Shown here: in pieces, positions 1 through 10,360 of the stretch
Layout of the letters: each line of letters starts with the position of its first letter
How positions within the stretch are numbered: the stretch's first letter is position 1
DNA from: an uncultured Acidobacteriaceae bacterium
GTDB lineage: Bacteria; Acidobacteriota; Terriglobia; Terriglobales; Acidobacteriaceae
Direction of reading: 5' to 3'
DNA length: 64,000 nt
Assembly (NCBI GenBank): GCA_963815555.1
Contig: CAWFHH010000002.1
Location: 334,421 to 398,420 of the forward strand
The notes under the pieces: model-generated
The model's database searches: none
Seen by the model: the letters and a program-made list of their open reading frames with translations, nothing else
Told to the model about the DNA's origin: nothing
Position numbers and translations under genes: made by a program

Positions 1-1
1 C

Positions 2-769
2 CAGTACGACATGAAGGAAATCATTGCGCGTATCGTCGATGGCAGCCACTTCGACGAGTACAAATCCGAATATGGCGAGACCGTTCTGTGTGGCTTTGCG
101 CGGATTGGCGGTTTCGCCGTCGGCATCGTCGCCAACCAGAAGACCCACGTCCATCAGATCGATCACAACGGCAACAAACGCACCGAGTTTGGCGGCGTCA
201 TCTATACCGAGTCCGCGGAAAAGGCGGCGCGCTTCATCATGGATTGCAACCAGAACCTGGTTCCGCTCATCTTCCTGCACGACGTGAATGGATTTATGGT
301 GGGCCGCGACGCCGAATGGAGCGGCATCATTCGCGCTGGAGCGAAGATGGTGAACGCGGTCTCGAACTCGGTGGTGCCGAAGATCGCGGTCATCGTCGGA
401 GGCTCGTTCGGCGCCGGCCACTATGCCATGTGCGGCAAGGCCTACGATCCGCGCTTCCTGTTTGCCTGGCCGACGGCGAAGTATGCGGTCATGAGCGGGG
501 CCGCGGCAGCCAACACGCTGGTCGAAATCAAGATCAAACAACTGGAACGCGGCGGCCAGAAGCTGAACGAAGAAGACAAAAAGAAGCTGTACGACGAGGT
601 CAAGGCGACCTACGACCAGCAGATGGATCCGCGCTACGGAGCGGCACGGCTGTGGATCGACAAGATCATCGATCCGGCCGAGACGCGTCCGGCGCTCATC
701 ACGGCTCTTGAAGCCGCGGCGCTGAACCCCGAGATTCCGAAGTTCAATGTCGGTGTGCTGCAGACGTAG
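2..769 (+). CDS. acyl-CoA carboxylase carboxyltransferase (beta) subunit, C-terminal part. Probably 3-methylcrotonyl-CoA carboxylase beta. The 5' end lies outside the window.
   Basis: The frame is open to the window edge. Carboxyltransferase motifs are present (GFAVGIVANQ, PLIFLHDVNGFMVG, KIAVIVGGSFGAGHYAMCG). HMG-CoA lyase and enoyl-CoA hydratase follow, giving a leucine-catabolism context. Confidence 0.85.
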   Translation, partial: QYDMKEIIARIVDGSHFDEYKSEYGETVLCGFARIGGFAVGIVANQKTHVHQIDHNGNKRTEFGGVIYTESAEKAARFIMDCNQNLVPLIFLHDVNGFMVGRDAEWSGIIRAGAKMVNAVSNSVVPKIAVIVGGSFGAGHYAMCGKAYDPRFLFAWPTAKYAVMSGAAAANTLVEIKIKQLERGGQKLNEEDKKKLYDEVKATYDQQMDPRYGAARLWIDKIIDPAETRPALITALEAAALNPEIPKFNVGVLQT

Positions 770-882
770 AACACTTGCCGGTTGCTAGTTGTCAGGTGTC
801 GGTCGCTGGAGGTGAATATCCCTTGACCCGTTCCGCTAAGAGCTAGGGCGGTTTAGGAAATAGTGTGACCTCAGTGAATACG

Positions 883-1024
883 GGTAGAGCGGCGCTTCAG
901 CGCCGCGTCGCGCCGCCCGTTTTCAAGTCGAGCCGGCTTCAGCCGGCGACGCAAGCTGTCGTCGGCTAAAAACCGACTCTGGCTGAGGGCGCACTAGGAC
1001 GCGCGCCCGAAGGCCCGCTCTACC
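883..1024. repeat. Compound REP/BIME-like element: an outer 10-bp stem enclosing four short GC hairpins, inside the leucine-catabolism operon.
   Basis: GGTAGAGCGG (883-892) pairs with CCGCTCTACC (1015-1024). Inside are GGCGC-TTCA-GCGCC (891-904), GCCGGC-TTCA-GCCGGC (932-947), GTCGG-N7-CCGAC (961-977) and GGGCGC-N10-GCGCCC (987-1008). Confidence 0.6.
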
Positions 1025-1058
1025 GGTCGCAGCAAAACTAAACTGTTCTAATTCCTCC

Positions 1059-1931
1059 ATGCCTGATTCCATCAAACTTATCGAATGTCCGCGCGACGCC
1101 TGGCAGGGGCTGCCGGGACAGATACCGTCTTCGACCAAAGTCGAATATCTCAAGGCTCTCGTCGCCGCGGGCTTCAAGCACATCGACGCCGTGTCCTTTG
1201 TGTCGCCGAAGGCTGTGCCGCAGATGGCCGACTCGGAGACGGTGCTGAGCGAGCTCGATCCGCCGGATGACGTTGAGATTATCGCCATCGTGGTCAACGA
1301 GCGGGGAGCCGAGCGCGCCATCGCCACCGACGCCGTCCGTACTTTGGGGTTCCCTTACTCGCTTTCGCCAACCTTCCTCAAGAACAACCAGAACCAGACC
1401 CTCGAAGAAAATCTCGAAATCCTGGAAAAGCTGAAGACCAAGGCCGACGAGGCGGGCCTCGATACCGTGGCGTACATCTCGATGGCATTCGGCAATCCCT
1501 ACGGCGATCTGTGGAATGTCGCCGAGCTCGTCGAGGGTGTGGGTCTGCTGGCCGACATGGACCTGCAGGCAATCTCGCTGGCCGACACCGTTGGCTTGGC
1601 GACGCCGCAACTGATCGCCGATCTGCTCGGCCCGACGCTCGAGAAATTCGACGGCATCGAGATTGGGGTGCATCTGCACAGCCGCGCCGACGATGCCATC
1701 GACAAAGTTCTCGCCGCCTACGATGTCGGCTGCCGGCGTTTCGACTCCGCTCTCGGCGGACTGGGCGGATGCCCCTTTGCCCAGGATGTCCTGGTCGGCA
1801 ACCTGCCTACCGAGAAAGTGCTGGAGGCGCTCAAGCTCCGTAATGTGCCGTCGCCGATCCCGAAGCCGTTGGACAACCTGCTGAAACTCTCCAACCAAAT
1901 GGCCGAGCGCTTCAGCGGGCCGAAGATGTAG
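1059..1931 (+). CDS. hydroxymethylglutaryl-CoA lyase (HMGL-like TIM barrel)
   Basis: 290-aa ORF. It starts IECPRDAWQG and contains LADTVGLATP and GGLGGCPFA, typical of HMG-CoA lyase. The RBS-like GGAGGAA is visible as its complement (ttcctcc) just upstream. Confidence 0.85.
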   Translation: MPDSIKLIECPRDAWQGLPGQIPSSTKVEYLKALVAAGFKHIDAVSFVSPKAVPQMADSETVLSELDPPDDVEIIAIVVNERGAERAIATDAVRTLGFPYSLSPTFLKNNQNQTLEENLEILEKLKTKADEAGLDTVAYISMAFGNPYGDLWNVAELVEGVGLLADMDLQAISLADTVGLATPQLIADLLGPTLEKFDGIEIGVHLHSRADDAIDKVLAAYDVGCRRFDSALGGLGGCPFAQDVLVGNLPTEKVLEALKLRNVPSPIPKPLDNLLKLSNQMAERFSGPKM

Positions 1932-2194
1932 TAACCGTGGCCAATGGTCAGTCCTTCGAGCGCCGCGATTCTCGCTTGCCAAGCCCGCGTGGCTGCGATC
2001 CCGAGTCACATTTCTAACCAACGTTCTTCCGCGACGGTGTGGGCCGTTTTGAAACAACTTGTCGGGTATTTTCGCAAAACATCATTGCATCTCTTGCAAA
2101 ACTTAGTTACTGTGCGCATACCACAAAGATGTTGAAGAAGCGCCTTGCGTGACCCAGCGCGCGAGACGAGTTTGAGCCGACCATACCCGACCGG

Positions 2195-2989
2195 ATGACG
2201 CAACACCGCTACACTACGCTCGACCTCAACCACGATGGGCCCGTCGCCACCATCACGCTCAACCGTCCGGATAAACGGAACGCCATCAGCCATGCGCTGA
2301 TCGACGAGCTTCTGCAGGCGCTAAACGCAGTTCTGAAGATCGAAGCAGCGCAAATCCTCATCCTCACCGGCGCCGGCAAGGCCTTCTGCTCAGGCATGGA
2401 CCTTGACGACCTGCGCGCGCTGACCAAGCGGACGGAAGAGGAGAACCGTGCGGATTCTGTCACTATGGCGCGCCTGTTCCGAACCCTCTACGACTTTCCC
2501 AGGACGACCATCGCAGCCGTCAATGGCCCCGCCATCGCCGGGGGATGCGGGCTGGCGACGCTGTGCGACTTCACGCTCGCTTCCTCGGCAGCCAAGTTTG
2601 GTTACACCGAAGTACGCATCGGGTTCGTTCCGGCAATCGTTTCAGCCTTTCTTGTACGCCAGGTCGGCGAAAAACAGGCACGGGACCTATTGCTCACCGG
2701 GCGTATCATCAGCGCTGACGAGGCGTTTCGCATAGGCCTGGCCACCGAAGTGACGGCTCCGGAAAGACTGATCGAGCGCGCCCGGGAATTAGCCGGCTCT
2801 CTGCTGGAGAACAGCCCCGCCTCGCTGGCCGCCACCAAGCGTCTGTTGCAGAGCTATTCACTCGCTGAACTCGACCAGCAAGTGGCGGTTGCCGTCGAGG
2901 AGAATGCGCGCATTCGCACCACCGCCGACTTCCACGAGGGTGTTTCCTCGTTTCTGGAAAAGCGCAAACCGCAGTGGAGAGGGAAATGA
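2195..2989 (+). CDS. enoyl-CoA hydratase/isomerase (crotonase) family, candidate methylglutaconyl-CoA hydratase
   Basis: ITLNRPDKRNAIS, GAGKAFCSGMDL and AAVNGPAIAGGCGLA are crotonase signatures. The neighbours are leucine-catabolism genes. Confidence 0.85.
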   Translation: MTQHRYTTLDLNHDGPVATITLNRPDKRNAISHALIDELLQALNAVLKIEAAQILILTGAGKAFCSGMDLDDLRALTKRTEEENRADSVTMARLFRTLYDFPRTTIAAVNGPAIAGGCGLATLCDFTLASSAAKFGYTEVRIGFVPAIVSAFLVRQVGEKQARDLLLTGRIISADEAFRIGLATEVTAPERLIERARELAGSLLENSPASLAATKRLLQSYSLAELDQQVAVAVEENARIRTTADFHEGVSSFLEKRKPQWRGK

Positions 2990-4086
2990 CTACATCACTT
3001 CGTCTGAATATCGCTGTTGTACTGCTGCTGTTGCCGTCGATTGGTCTGGCCCAGACTTCAACAGGAACGACGCAAGCTCCGCCAATGCCGTCGGCGGGCA
3101 AGCCGTACCCGGTGATGAGCACCGCCGCGGTGGCCCGAGCGCGGCAACTGAGCGAATCGTTTTCGGCGGGTAATACCGCGCCGATGTGGGCGGCGCTTAC
3201 GCCGGACATGAAGAAGCAGTACGGTAGTGCGGCCCACTTGGCAGGGGTAATCAAAAGCGCCGATGCCCAACTGGGTACGGTGAAGAAGGTGGTCACGGAA
3301 AGCGTAGCTCCAAATCTCCTGCGCCCCGGAACCGACTACGCCAGTCTCACCGAGTTCTCGAAATCGGCTGTCCAGATTATTACGATGGTGAATCTGAACG
3401 AGCAGGGCGAGGTTTCGGTCTTTCTTTTCCGCCCGGTGCCCAACGTCGAGGAAGGCCGCTACGCCGGTTACAAAGACACGACGAAACTGAAACTGCCGTT
3501 CTCCGGACCGTGGTTCGTCTACCAGGGCGGGCGGTCGCTGGCGCAGACGGCCCACTTCGGCAGCGACGAGGAGCGCTATGCCATAGACTTTCTTCCGCTC
3601 AAGGACTGGCACCCATTGTCTGGCGACGGCAGCAAGAACGAGCAGTTCTATTGCTTCGGACAGCCAATCCTGGCCCCTGCCGACGGTACCGTTATGCGCG
3701 TGCAAGACGGATTCGCCGACAACGAACCCGGCAGACCCGTGCAGGACGCGGGACTTGGCAATCTGGTCGTGCTCTCGCACGGTAGCAACGAATACTCCGT
3801 CCTGGGACACTTGAAGCAAAACAGCATTAAGGTGAAAAAAGGCGACAAAGTGAAGCAGGGGGATATCATCGCCGCCTGCGGCAACAGCGGCAACTCGCCG
3901 GCGCCCCACCTGGAATACCGGCTGCAGAACTCACACGGCTATCCTTTGCCGACCACCTTGCCAATCCAGTTTGTGGATTACATGTCCGACGGCAAGCTGG
4001 TGGAGTCCGGAGAGCCAGTGCGAGGCCAGATCGTGAGCAACGCTGGAACCGCAACCGCCAGCGCGACGTCCTCGGAAAAGAAGTGA
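2986..4086 (+). CDS. secreted M23 family metallopeptidase
   Basis: Signal peptide MTTSLRLNIAVVLLLLPSIGLAQ. The C-terminal M23 core includes YAIDF, GNLVVLSHGSNEYSVLGHL and CGNSGNSPAPHLEY. The ATG at 2986 overlaps the upstream stop (ATGA). An alternative ATG lies at 2974. Confidence 0.8.
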   Translation: MTTSLRLNIAVVLLLLPSIGLAQTSTGTTQAPPMPSAGKPYPVMSTAAVARARQLSESFSAGNTAPMWAALTPDMKKQYGSAAHLAGVIKSADAQLGTVKKVVTESVAPNLLRPGTDYASLTEFSKSAVQIITMVNLNEQGEVSVFLFRPVPNVEEGRYAGYKDTTKLKLPFSGPWFVYQGGRSLAQTAHFGSDEERYAIDFLPLKDWHPLSGDGSKNEQFYCFGQPILAPADGTVMRVQDGFADNEPGRPVQDAGLGNLVVLSHGSNEYSVLGHLKQNSIKVKKGDKVKQGDIIAACGNSGNSPAPHLEYRLQNSHGYPLPTTLPIQFVDYMSDGKLVESGEPVRGQIVSNAGTATASATSSEKK

Positions 4087-4163
4087 CAAGGCCACAAGTA
4101 TCGGGAGCCCCACTGTAGCCCATCCTTTGCCCCAGGCGGGGAATTCCACCGGGAGTAGGGACC

Positions 4164-4724
4164 GTGACCACGCGTCCACCCAGGATTCGCACCCAGCTCG
4201 GCCGACCCGCCGTCGAGATTTTTGCTGCCAACGAGCGCATGAACCAGCTTCTGCTCGAGCATCTCGACCCTGCGGCCTGGCGGGCGAAACCGCCCGCCAA
4301 CGTGCGCACCATTGCGGCCATCTTCACCCACGTACACAATGTCCGCTGCAAGTGGATCAGGCTTACGGCGCCGCACCTGAAGATACCCTTGCAGCTTAGC
4401 CGCGTGCGCTGCACGCCGCGGCAAGCCGGCGCGGCATTGGCCGAGAGCGCCGCCCGCTGCGAGGAGATGTTGGCGGAAGCGCTCGGCGATCGTGGAGGCC
4501 GCATCCAACAGTTTCTCAGAGACGGCTGGGCCCGGCCTTGGCCGGTCGGCCCCGAAATGCTCTGCTACATGCTGGCACACGAAGCTCACCATCGAGGACA
4601 GATATGCATGCTCGCGCATCAGCTCGGATATCGCTTGCCGAACCAGATCATGTCCGGACTGTGGAATTGGGAAAAACTCTGGAAAGAATGCGGCGCACCC
4701 CAGGGGCCCGGCCACGACTCGTAA
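4164..4724 (+). CDS. DinB/YfiT-like superfamily protein
   Basis: 186-aa ORF with a GTG start. It has a four-helix DinB-like pattern with HVHNVRCKW and HEAHHRGQI histidine motifs. Confidence 0.7.
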   Translation: MTTRPPRIRTQLGRPAVEIFAANERMNQLLLEHLDPAAWRAKPPANVRTIAAIFTHVHNVRCKWIRLTAPHLKIPLQLSRVRCTPRQAGAALAESAARCEEMLAEALGDRGGRIQQFLRDGWARPWPVGPEMLCYMLAHEAHHRGQICMLAHQLGYRLPNQIMSGLWNWEKLWKECGAPQGPGHDS

Positions 4725-4836
4725 ACAATTGCGGCTGCCCCTGCACGGCCAATAAACGATAACCAGGTTGCCCCGTGCTAACCCGACTCTGGCTAGCGTG
4801 GGGCTTTTCGGATTCCCCATTCGAAAGTCCCCCCAG

Positions 4837-5268
4837 TTATCGGTAGTCGTACGTTTCGATTGCACTCCAATCCCCGTACTCGTCGTAGATATATAGGCCA
4901 ACCCAGTTTCCGGTTTGGCAGGCTGCCAGCAGCAGGTTCTGATACGGAGCCGAGGTGGTCCAGAAAGAGCCTCCCTCCGCCGGATAAAGAATGAGGTACG
5001 TGTATCCATAGCTGTCGTACAACTCGCAGTTCGTTGCATGCACATAATTCCAGCCTGGCGCGTACGGCGTCTTGACCGCGTCACTGTTCGTCTCATTACT
5101 TGAGTGGTTGCCTGGACGCAGTTTGAGGGACAGGTGTTTGGCTGGTTGTGGCAGGTGCTGCGGCTGCTGGGCCTGGCTGACGGAAGCAATACTAATGATC
5201 GCAAGAGCAGTGATGATTGCTGCCCGGCTACACCGGCTGAACATTGAAATGTCTTGAACGCGTTTCAT
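4837..5268 (-). CDS. secreted hypothetical protein (Tyr/Trp-rich C-terminal domain)
   Basis: The internal start MKRVQD is followed by a signal peptide (AIITALAIISIASVSQAQ). Coding-like GC3. No family recognised. Confidence 0.6.
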   Translation of the reverse strand: MKRVQDISMFSRCSRAAIITALAIISIASVSQAQQPQHLPQPAKHLSLKLRPGNHSSNETNSDAVKTPYAPGWNYVHATNCELYDSYGYTYLILYPAEGGSFWTTSAPYQNLLLAACQTGNWVGLYIYDEYGDWSAIETYDYR

Positions 5269-5719
5269 ATATCTTCCTCCCAGTAGATAAGGCGTGACGG
5301 CGACCGGAAACCTTTGCATTTGGCGCCTTGGCCAACTGCAGCCGCCTACATCTACATAGGCGACATTTCCGTACGCATTCCCTCATGGAGAACGAAATAA
5401 CTTCACGGCTCGCAACTAAATGCTTGGAACTGGTGGGATAACCCGGGCTCCTGACACTCACCGGGGGAGGAAGGGCCCAAAAGGCTGGTTGTGATGTTAG
5501 ACAAGAATTTCCGGGGCGTGGCCCGGCCAACGGACACGCTTTAGGCGGGTGCCCCGGCTACCATTCTGAGGGTGGCCGGGTGGACGGGTGGCGCAGCCTA
5601 CCAGCCGGGGGCTCGCCTGTGGCTCGGAGAAACGAAGAAGCCGTCGAGCCTCTCATCTTCAGTGTTTCGTTCCAGCAGCGGGTTGAGCTGGCGCGTTGCA
5701 GAATGAAAGCCCCTTGGCC

Positions 5720-5890
5720 CTAACTTTCCAGCCTCTCTTCACTCTTGCGAAGGCGATCCTTCTCCAATGCAAGTCGCGCCTGCGCCTTCTTCAACTTCTC
5801 TTTCATCTTGTTGCATTCTTCTACGGCCTTCCCAACCCGTTGTCGGGCCGACTTGATCTCCGCCATCGCTCGCTTGTGTGATTGCAGCAT
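5720..5890 (-). CDS. small (56 aa) coiled-coil hypothetical protein
   Basis: Lys/Glu-rich heptad-like sequence MLQSHKRAMAEIKSARQRV...KLKKAQARLALEKDRLRKSEERLES. The RBS is weak, so this is uncertain. Confidence 0.25.
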   Translation of the reverse strand: MLQSHKRAMAEIKSARQRVGKAVEECNKMKEKLKKAQARLALEKDRLRKSEERLES

Positions 5891-6216
5891 GACCTTAGTG
5901 TAGACTCCCGGCGGTCGCAAAGAGAATGAACACACCGCCGCCCACCCATGGAGATGAAAATCACGCTCGTTCCCCAGCCGTCATTCAGAAAGCTTGTAAC
6001 CGAGAGATAACGAGTGGTCTCCACCAGCCCGGTGATAGCCTGCGTAACGTATCCGTCACAAAGGAGACGTACCTGCTATGGCGCCACAGACTTCTTTGCA
6101 CTTCGACGTCGAGAAGTTCCGATGAGGAGTCGGCTCTGGCAGGTTAGAAGGGCCTTTCTCGATCGCGATCGCTTAAGCCATCGCACCCATTGAGAAACTC
6201 GAGACGATTCGCCCGA

Positions 6217-8178
6217 CTAACGCAGCGCCGATCCCTTGTCCGGCGACACTGCCGGCGCGTCGCTCGTGGGAAGTTTTGAAACCTTCGGCTTGTCGACAGC
6301 CTCCGTCGCGAACAGCATGAAGTGGTCGAAGCTTTCGCTGCGGTAGAAGCGTCGCTTACCGAAGTGAACGTACAATTCCGCGCTCTTGGGCAACCACAGA
6401 TCGGTACCACTGCGTTTGAATTCCACCGGGCCATAGCTGACGCTGGTATGTTCGGTGAACAGGTGAATCTCCGGAATTGCCCGCACCAGATCGGTTTCCA
6501 GATGAACGATCTGCAAGTTGTCGGCTCGAACCCACGCCCGCCCCTTCAACCGAACCGGATAATAGTTTCCATTTACCACGTACGTTCGCAGCCGGCTGGG
6601 CTTGTCTTCGAACTGCCGGAAATGCACCAGCCATGCCGGCTGACCATTCCAATCGCCCAGGCCCTCGCAGCGCATCTCGAAGCCCTCTCGAAACAGCGGG
6701 TGAAAGGCGATCGCCAGCACCGCAAGACCGGTCGTTGTGATCTTGTCTGGCATGTCCAGGTCTCCGGAATCGCGATACTCCTGAACCGTCAACCCCCCTT
6801 CGGCCTGCTCATTGATGGCAACCACATAGTTATATTGGCGGGTCTCGCGATTGGTCGGCGTTCCCTGTGCCGAAAGATTCTCATGGACCATATGTTCAAT
6901 GGCTGAGAACTGCGCGACGCTATCCACCAGCTGCTTGGATGGGATTGAGGTGGCTTCCAGAATGTTCGCGGGACACGGAATCCCAGGCGCTAGCGACAAC
7001 TTTTGTGCATCCACGTCAGCCGGCATTCCCAAGCTTCCGGCCAGAGAGTCGTTTTCCTCCGCGAGCTCAGGATTGCCAATTCCCATGTTTGCTTCGGCAC
7101 TCACCCCCCCGGACGCTTCACTCTTTAGCCGGGCGATCAATTCCCGGATTTGCGGAGCAACAGGACTTGCCGGATCTTCGCCGAGGTAGGCCGTCAAAGT
7201 TTCGATAGCAGCCTGGTTCTTCTGCAGACCTGCGAGCGCCTGTCCCAGGACCAATCGAGCCGAAACTGCGTCTCTTCCTCCCTTGTCCACGATCCATTGC
7301 GAATTCTCGCGAGCTTCCTCGTAGTTCTTCAGTTTCAAACAGGAATTCGCCAGCACCCTCCGGGCGATCAGGGATTCGCCGTTACTGGCGACAACGATCT
7401 CTTCAGCTGCGGCAGCGTGCGCATAATCGCCACGCCCGTAATAGAGCTGTCCAAGCAGGTTTTGCGCCTGCACGTTTTTCGGATCGAGGTTCGTCGCGGC
7501 GGTCAAATACTGCAGCTCGCGGTCCTGGTCTTTCTGCTGCAGCGCCAGATAGCCAAGGAGAAAGTTGACAGACGAACTTGACGGGTAGCGCCGATTGGCC
7601 GCCTCCAGATGCTTCCGCGCCTCGAGGAAATTCGAGAGCTCCAATGCCTGCACTCCCTTCTCAGCGTCTTTGCGTGCCTTCGAGGGAAGTTGCTGCGCGT
7701 CTTTCAACCTTAAGTCAACCGCCAGCGGATCGCGCGACAAAATCACGGTCTCACTTAGGTCGTGGGTGAGATCGGCGAGCGAAATCTCCTCATGGACTCC
7801 CAGATACCCGGCGGCGCCAACCTCGATCAGGTATTTTGCCGGAGGAAGATCGGCAAAGCTGGTCTCAGAGTTGTTGGTCGTCTGAAACAAGATCCTGCCG
7901 CTCTCTTGGCTTGTCAGCCGAATCAGCGCCTGCTGTTTCAAGGGCTTCTTGTCTTCGCCGAGAATCTTTACGTGGACGGTTCCGCCATCCCGGGTTGCAA
8001 CGGGACTTCCCGGTACTCCCGTTCCCATCGGCGTCCCAACGCCTTGGGCACGAGCGCACGGCACCGCCGCCATCGCAGCCGCCACAACCAGCACGACAAC
8101 ACCCCGCTTGCCAATTTTTCTCGCGAAGTTTCGCAACGTATTCTGCCGCTCCAAGACGAGGATGGCGAAGAGTCTCAT
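6217..8178 (-). CDS. exported TPR-repeat protein with an N-terminal carboxypeptidase-regulatory-like domain and an unassigned C-terminal domain
   Basis: 653-aa ORF with a signal/anchor (VVVLVVAAAMAAVPCARAQ). TPR-like repeats are present (NFLLGYLALQQKDQDRELQYL, AQNLLGQLYYGRGDYAHA). Confidence 0.75.
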   Translation of the reverse strand: MRLFAILVLERQNTLRNFARKIGKRGVVVLVVAAAMAAVPCARAQGVGTPMGTGVPGSPVATRDGGTVHVKILGEDKKPLKQQALIRLTSQESGRILFQTTNNSETSFADLPPAKYLIEVGAAGYLGVHEEISLADLTHDLSETVILSRDPLAVDLRLKDAQQLPSKARKDAEKGVQALELSNFLEARKHLEAANRRYPSSSSVNFLLGYLALQQKDQDRELQYLTAATNLDPKNVQAQNLLGQLYYGRGDYAHAAAAEEIVVASNGESLIARRVLANSCLKLKNYEEARENSQWIVDKGGRDAVSARLVLGQALAGLQKNQAAIETLTAYLGEDPASPVAPQIRELIARLKSEASGGVSAEANMGIGNPELAEENDSLAGSLGMPADVDAQKLSLAPGIPCPANILEATSIPSKQLVDSVAQFSAIEHMVHENLSAQGTPTNRETRQYNYVVAINEQAEGGLTVQEYRDSGDLDMPDKITTTGLAVLAIAFHPLFREGFEMRCEGLGDWNGQPAWLVHFRQFEDKPSRLRTYVVNGNYYPVRLKGRAWVRADNLQIVHLETDLVRAIPEIHLFTEHTSVSYGPVEFKRSGTDLWLPKSAELYVHFGKRRFYRSESFDHFMLFATEAVDKPKVSKLPTSDAPAVSPDKGSALR

Positions 8179-8441
8179 GTGAGCCTTGAGCCGCTTGAGT
8201 TAGCAATCAGAATAGCAAGAATGTGTTGGCGATGCTGGTTGAAGTTCCGTAATTGCCGAATACGCGCCAAAACGGGGACGAACTGCACTACGCGATCGCA
8301 TGGAGCCTCACGGGGCCACCCAGACACTGAACTAGAAGGGGCTCGAACCTGAGCAACGGTTCCGCGAGGGCTCGGTGGTCGAAAGCTTACACGAGTCTGG
8401 AGTCCCCGCGGATCGGTACGTGAACCAAAGCTGAGGTTGCG

Positions 8442-8963
8442 TTATTTCTTTGGGGGGAAGTTCTTGAACATCTTCTCGACTGTTTTTTGCAACGCCTTCT
8501 CATTTTTTTCTGGCTTCTTCGACAGGGTCTTAGTCCCAACCGCACGCCAGACCAGGCGCTTGGTTTGGGCATCGTACATGTCGAGGACAAGTGTACCCAC
8601 TTCGTAGGTCACTGGGGTTGTGGTGGCCGTCCCGAATCCTCCCCAATACCACCCGCCGCCAAGATTGTCGTAGAAGGTCGTGTACTCTGTTTGAGCGTCG
8701 GCGGAGCCAACCGCGGTGAGCGCGACATCCCCGGCCGTATCACTTCGCTGCCACCCTTTCTTCTGCAGTTCTTGATCGACAGCATCCTTGATTCGCTGCT
8801 CCCAAAGTGGATCTGTAGTTTTTACTTTCAGCCAGTAATAGGTGTGGTAGCGCTCAAAGTTGGCATGGTGGTCGTAATCCACGGTGACGCTTTGCCCAAC
8901 CGCAAAACTACCAAGCATCATTGTCATCAGCATCGCCATGCATAAATAGCGGATCGCCTTCAT
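8442..8963 (-). CDS. DUF4136-like exported protein
   Basis: Start MKAIRY at 8963 with GGAGAAAGGAG upstream and a signal peptide. YDHHANF..YHTYYW and TLVLDMYDAQTKRLVWRAVGTK are typical of DUF4136. Confidence 0.75.
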   Translation of the reverse strand: MKAIRYLCMAMLMTMMLGSFAVGQSVTVDYDHHANFERYHTYYWLKVKTTDPLWEQRIKDAVDQELQKKGWQRSDTAGDVALTAVGSADAQTEYTTFYDNLGGGWYWGGFGTATTTPVTYEVGTLVLDMYDAQTKRLVWRAVGTKTLSKKPEKNEKALQKTVEKMFKNFPPKK

Positions 8964-9447
8964 ACTTTCTTTCTCCTTTCTCCTCATCTCTTGAGCTCCT
9001 GAGCCTGTGATCGATACTAGGTTTTCGATGCAGGCACTCAAGGCTGCGGGAATCGTCCGAAGGTAGTAGCGAGGGATAAGAACCTCGGCTAAATGGCGGG
9101 CACTCTACCTCGAGAACCGGATTCTTCTTCAGGTGTTATGGCGCACGAGATCCTTGAACAGGTTGAAATAACGGCAACAATTACCCTTGAGTCGCCCACT
9201 CTCGGGCTTGGGAAGTGAATACGAAGTTCGAATACTCTTTGGAAATCAGTGCCAGCCTACTCATGGCGAGTCTTATAAAAGGGGATGTCAAGAGAAAACA
9301 CTATTCCTGTGCGGGAGCAGCGAGTAGTTCGCTGGCATCCAGCGCGGTTAGTTGGGTCGTGCTTGCTGGCTGACGAATATGGCCTAAACCGGGACGAACG
9401 CACTGCGCCCTCGAACGGCGCCTGCTCCCAACCTTTGAAACTTGCAA

Positions 9448-9477
9448 TTGACAACCCGTTCTCGATAGTGGTATTAC
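9448..9477 (+). promoter_or_regulatory. putative sigma70-type promoter for the lgt-like operon
   Basis: TTGACA (9448-9453), an 18-nt spacer, then TATTAC (9472-9477). It lies about 75 nt upstream of the ATG at 9553, with AGGAGAGG just before the start. Confidence 0.3.
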
Positions 9478-9552
9478 TCTGCGGTCAGATCCTAAGGTCC
9501 CCCCGTATTCACGCAGTCCCATCCGTTCGACTGAGGCAGTCTAGGAGAGGTC

Positions 9553-10296
9553 ATGCGCAAGGTGCTGTTCCGTTGCGGCGGCATCCGAGTCTATCCCTAT
9601 CCCTTCATGCTGTATGTGGGGATCGTATCCGGCGTAATATCCGGCACCTACGCCGCTGAGTATCGCGGGATGAATCCGGTACTGACCTGCGTCGCCATGC
9701 TGGTGCTGGTTATCCCCGCGCTAGTAGGCTCGCGGTTCCTGTATGTCCTATCGCACTGGGGGGCGTATCGCGCACGTTCCGGCAGAATCTGGAATCGGGC
9801 TGACGGCGGAGCCTCGCTTTATGGTGGCCTGATTCTGGCGCTCGCGTGCTCCATCCCCCTGCTTTCTCTGCTCCATCTTTCGATTGGCAAATTCTGGGAT
9901 GCGGCAACCATCACGCTGGCTGTCGGTATGGCCTTCACCAAGATTGGGTGCATGTTGAACGGGTGTTGCGCCGGCCGCGAATCGAATAGTCGCTTCGCCG
10001 TGCGATTGCCGGATGCGCGCGGCGTCCGGGTCCGACGCTTACCGTCTCAGCTACTCGAATCTGCGGTGGCCCTGTTGGTTGCGGGAGCGGGCGCAATGGT
10101 ATGGCGCTGGCTGCCTTTCGACGGAGCCTTCTTTCTCGCGGCAATAACGGTGTATGCGGCGGCGCGCTGGGTCCTGGAGGGCACGCGGCATACTATCGAC
10201 CAGGCTGCTGGGGTCAGCTTGCATCGGGCTATCTCTCTGGCCCTGGGTGGCTTGTCATTTGCAGGATTTCTGCTGCTGGGCTGGCACTCTTTTTGA
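9553..10296 (+). CDS. prolipoprotein diacylglyceryl transferase (Lgt) family protein, divergent
   Basis: 247-aa polytopic protein. It has Lgt-like blocks DGGASLYGGLILA, FTKIGCMLNGCCAGRES (in place of RIGNFxNGExxG) and RRLPSQLLES (in place of HPxxLYE). Confidence 0.7.
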   Translation: MRKVLFRCGGIRVYPYPFMLYVGIVSGVISGTYAAEYRGMNPVLTCVAMLVLVIPALVGSRFLYVLSHWGAYRARSGRIWNRADGGASLYGGLILALACSIPLLSLLHLSIGKFWDAATITLAVGMAFTKIGCMLNGCCAGRESNSRFAVRLPDARGVRVRRLPSQLLESAVALLVAGAGAMVWRWLPFDGAFFLAAITVYAAARWVLEGTRHTIDQAAGVSLHRAISLALGGLSFAGFLLLGWHSF

Positions 10297-10360
10297 CCAG
10301 GTAAGCATAGCGCAGCCACGCAGATCGCGATGCTGCGCGGTTGCTGATTAAAGGACACGA

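Noticed and set aside
1038-2057. 339-aa minus-strand ORF.
   Set aside because: Shadow ORF opposite the well-supported HMG-CoA lyase gene.
3978-5204. 408-aa minus-strand ORF spanning the DinB gene and the intergenic region.
   Set aside because: It overlaps the M23 peptidase, DinB and secreted-protein genes in antisense or alternative frames. Its composition is Arg/Ser/Cys-rich and non-protein-like.
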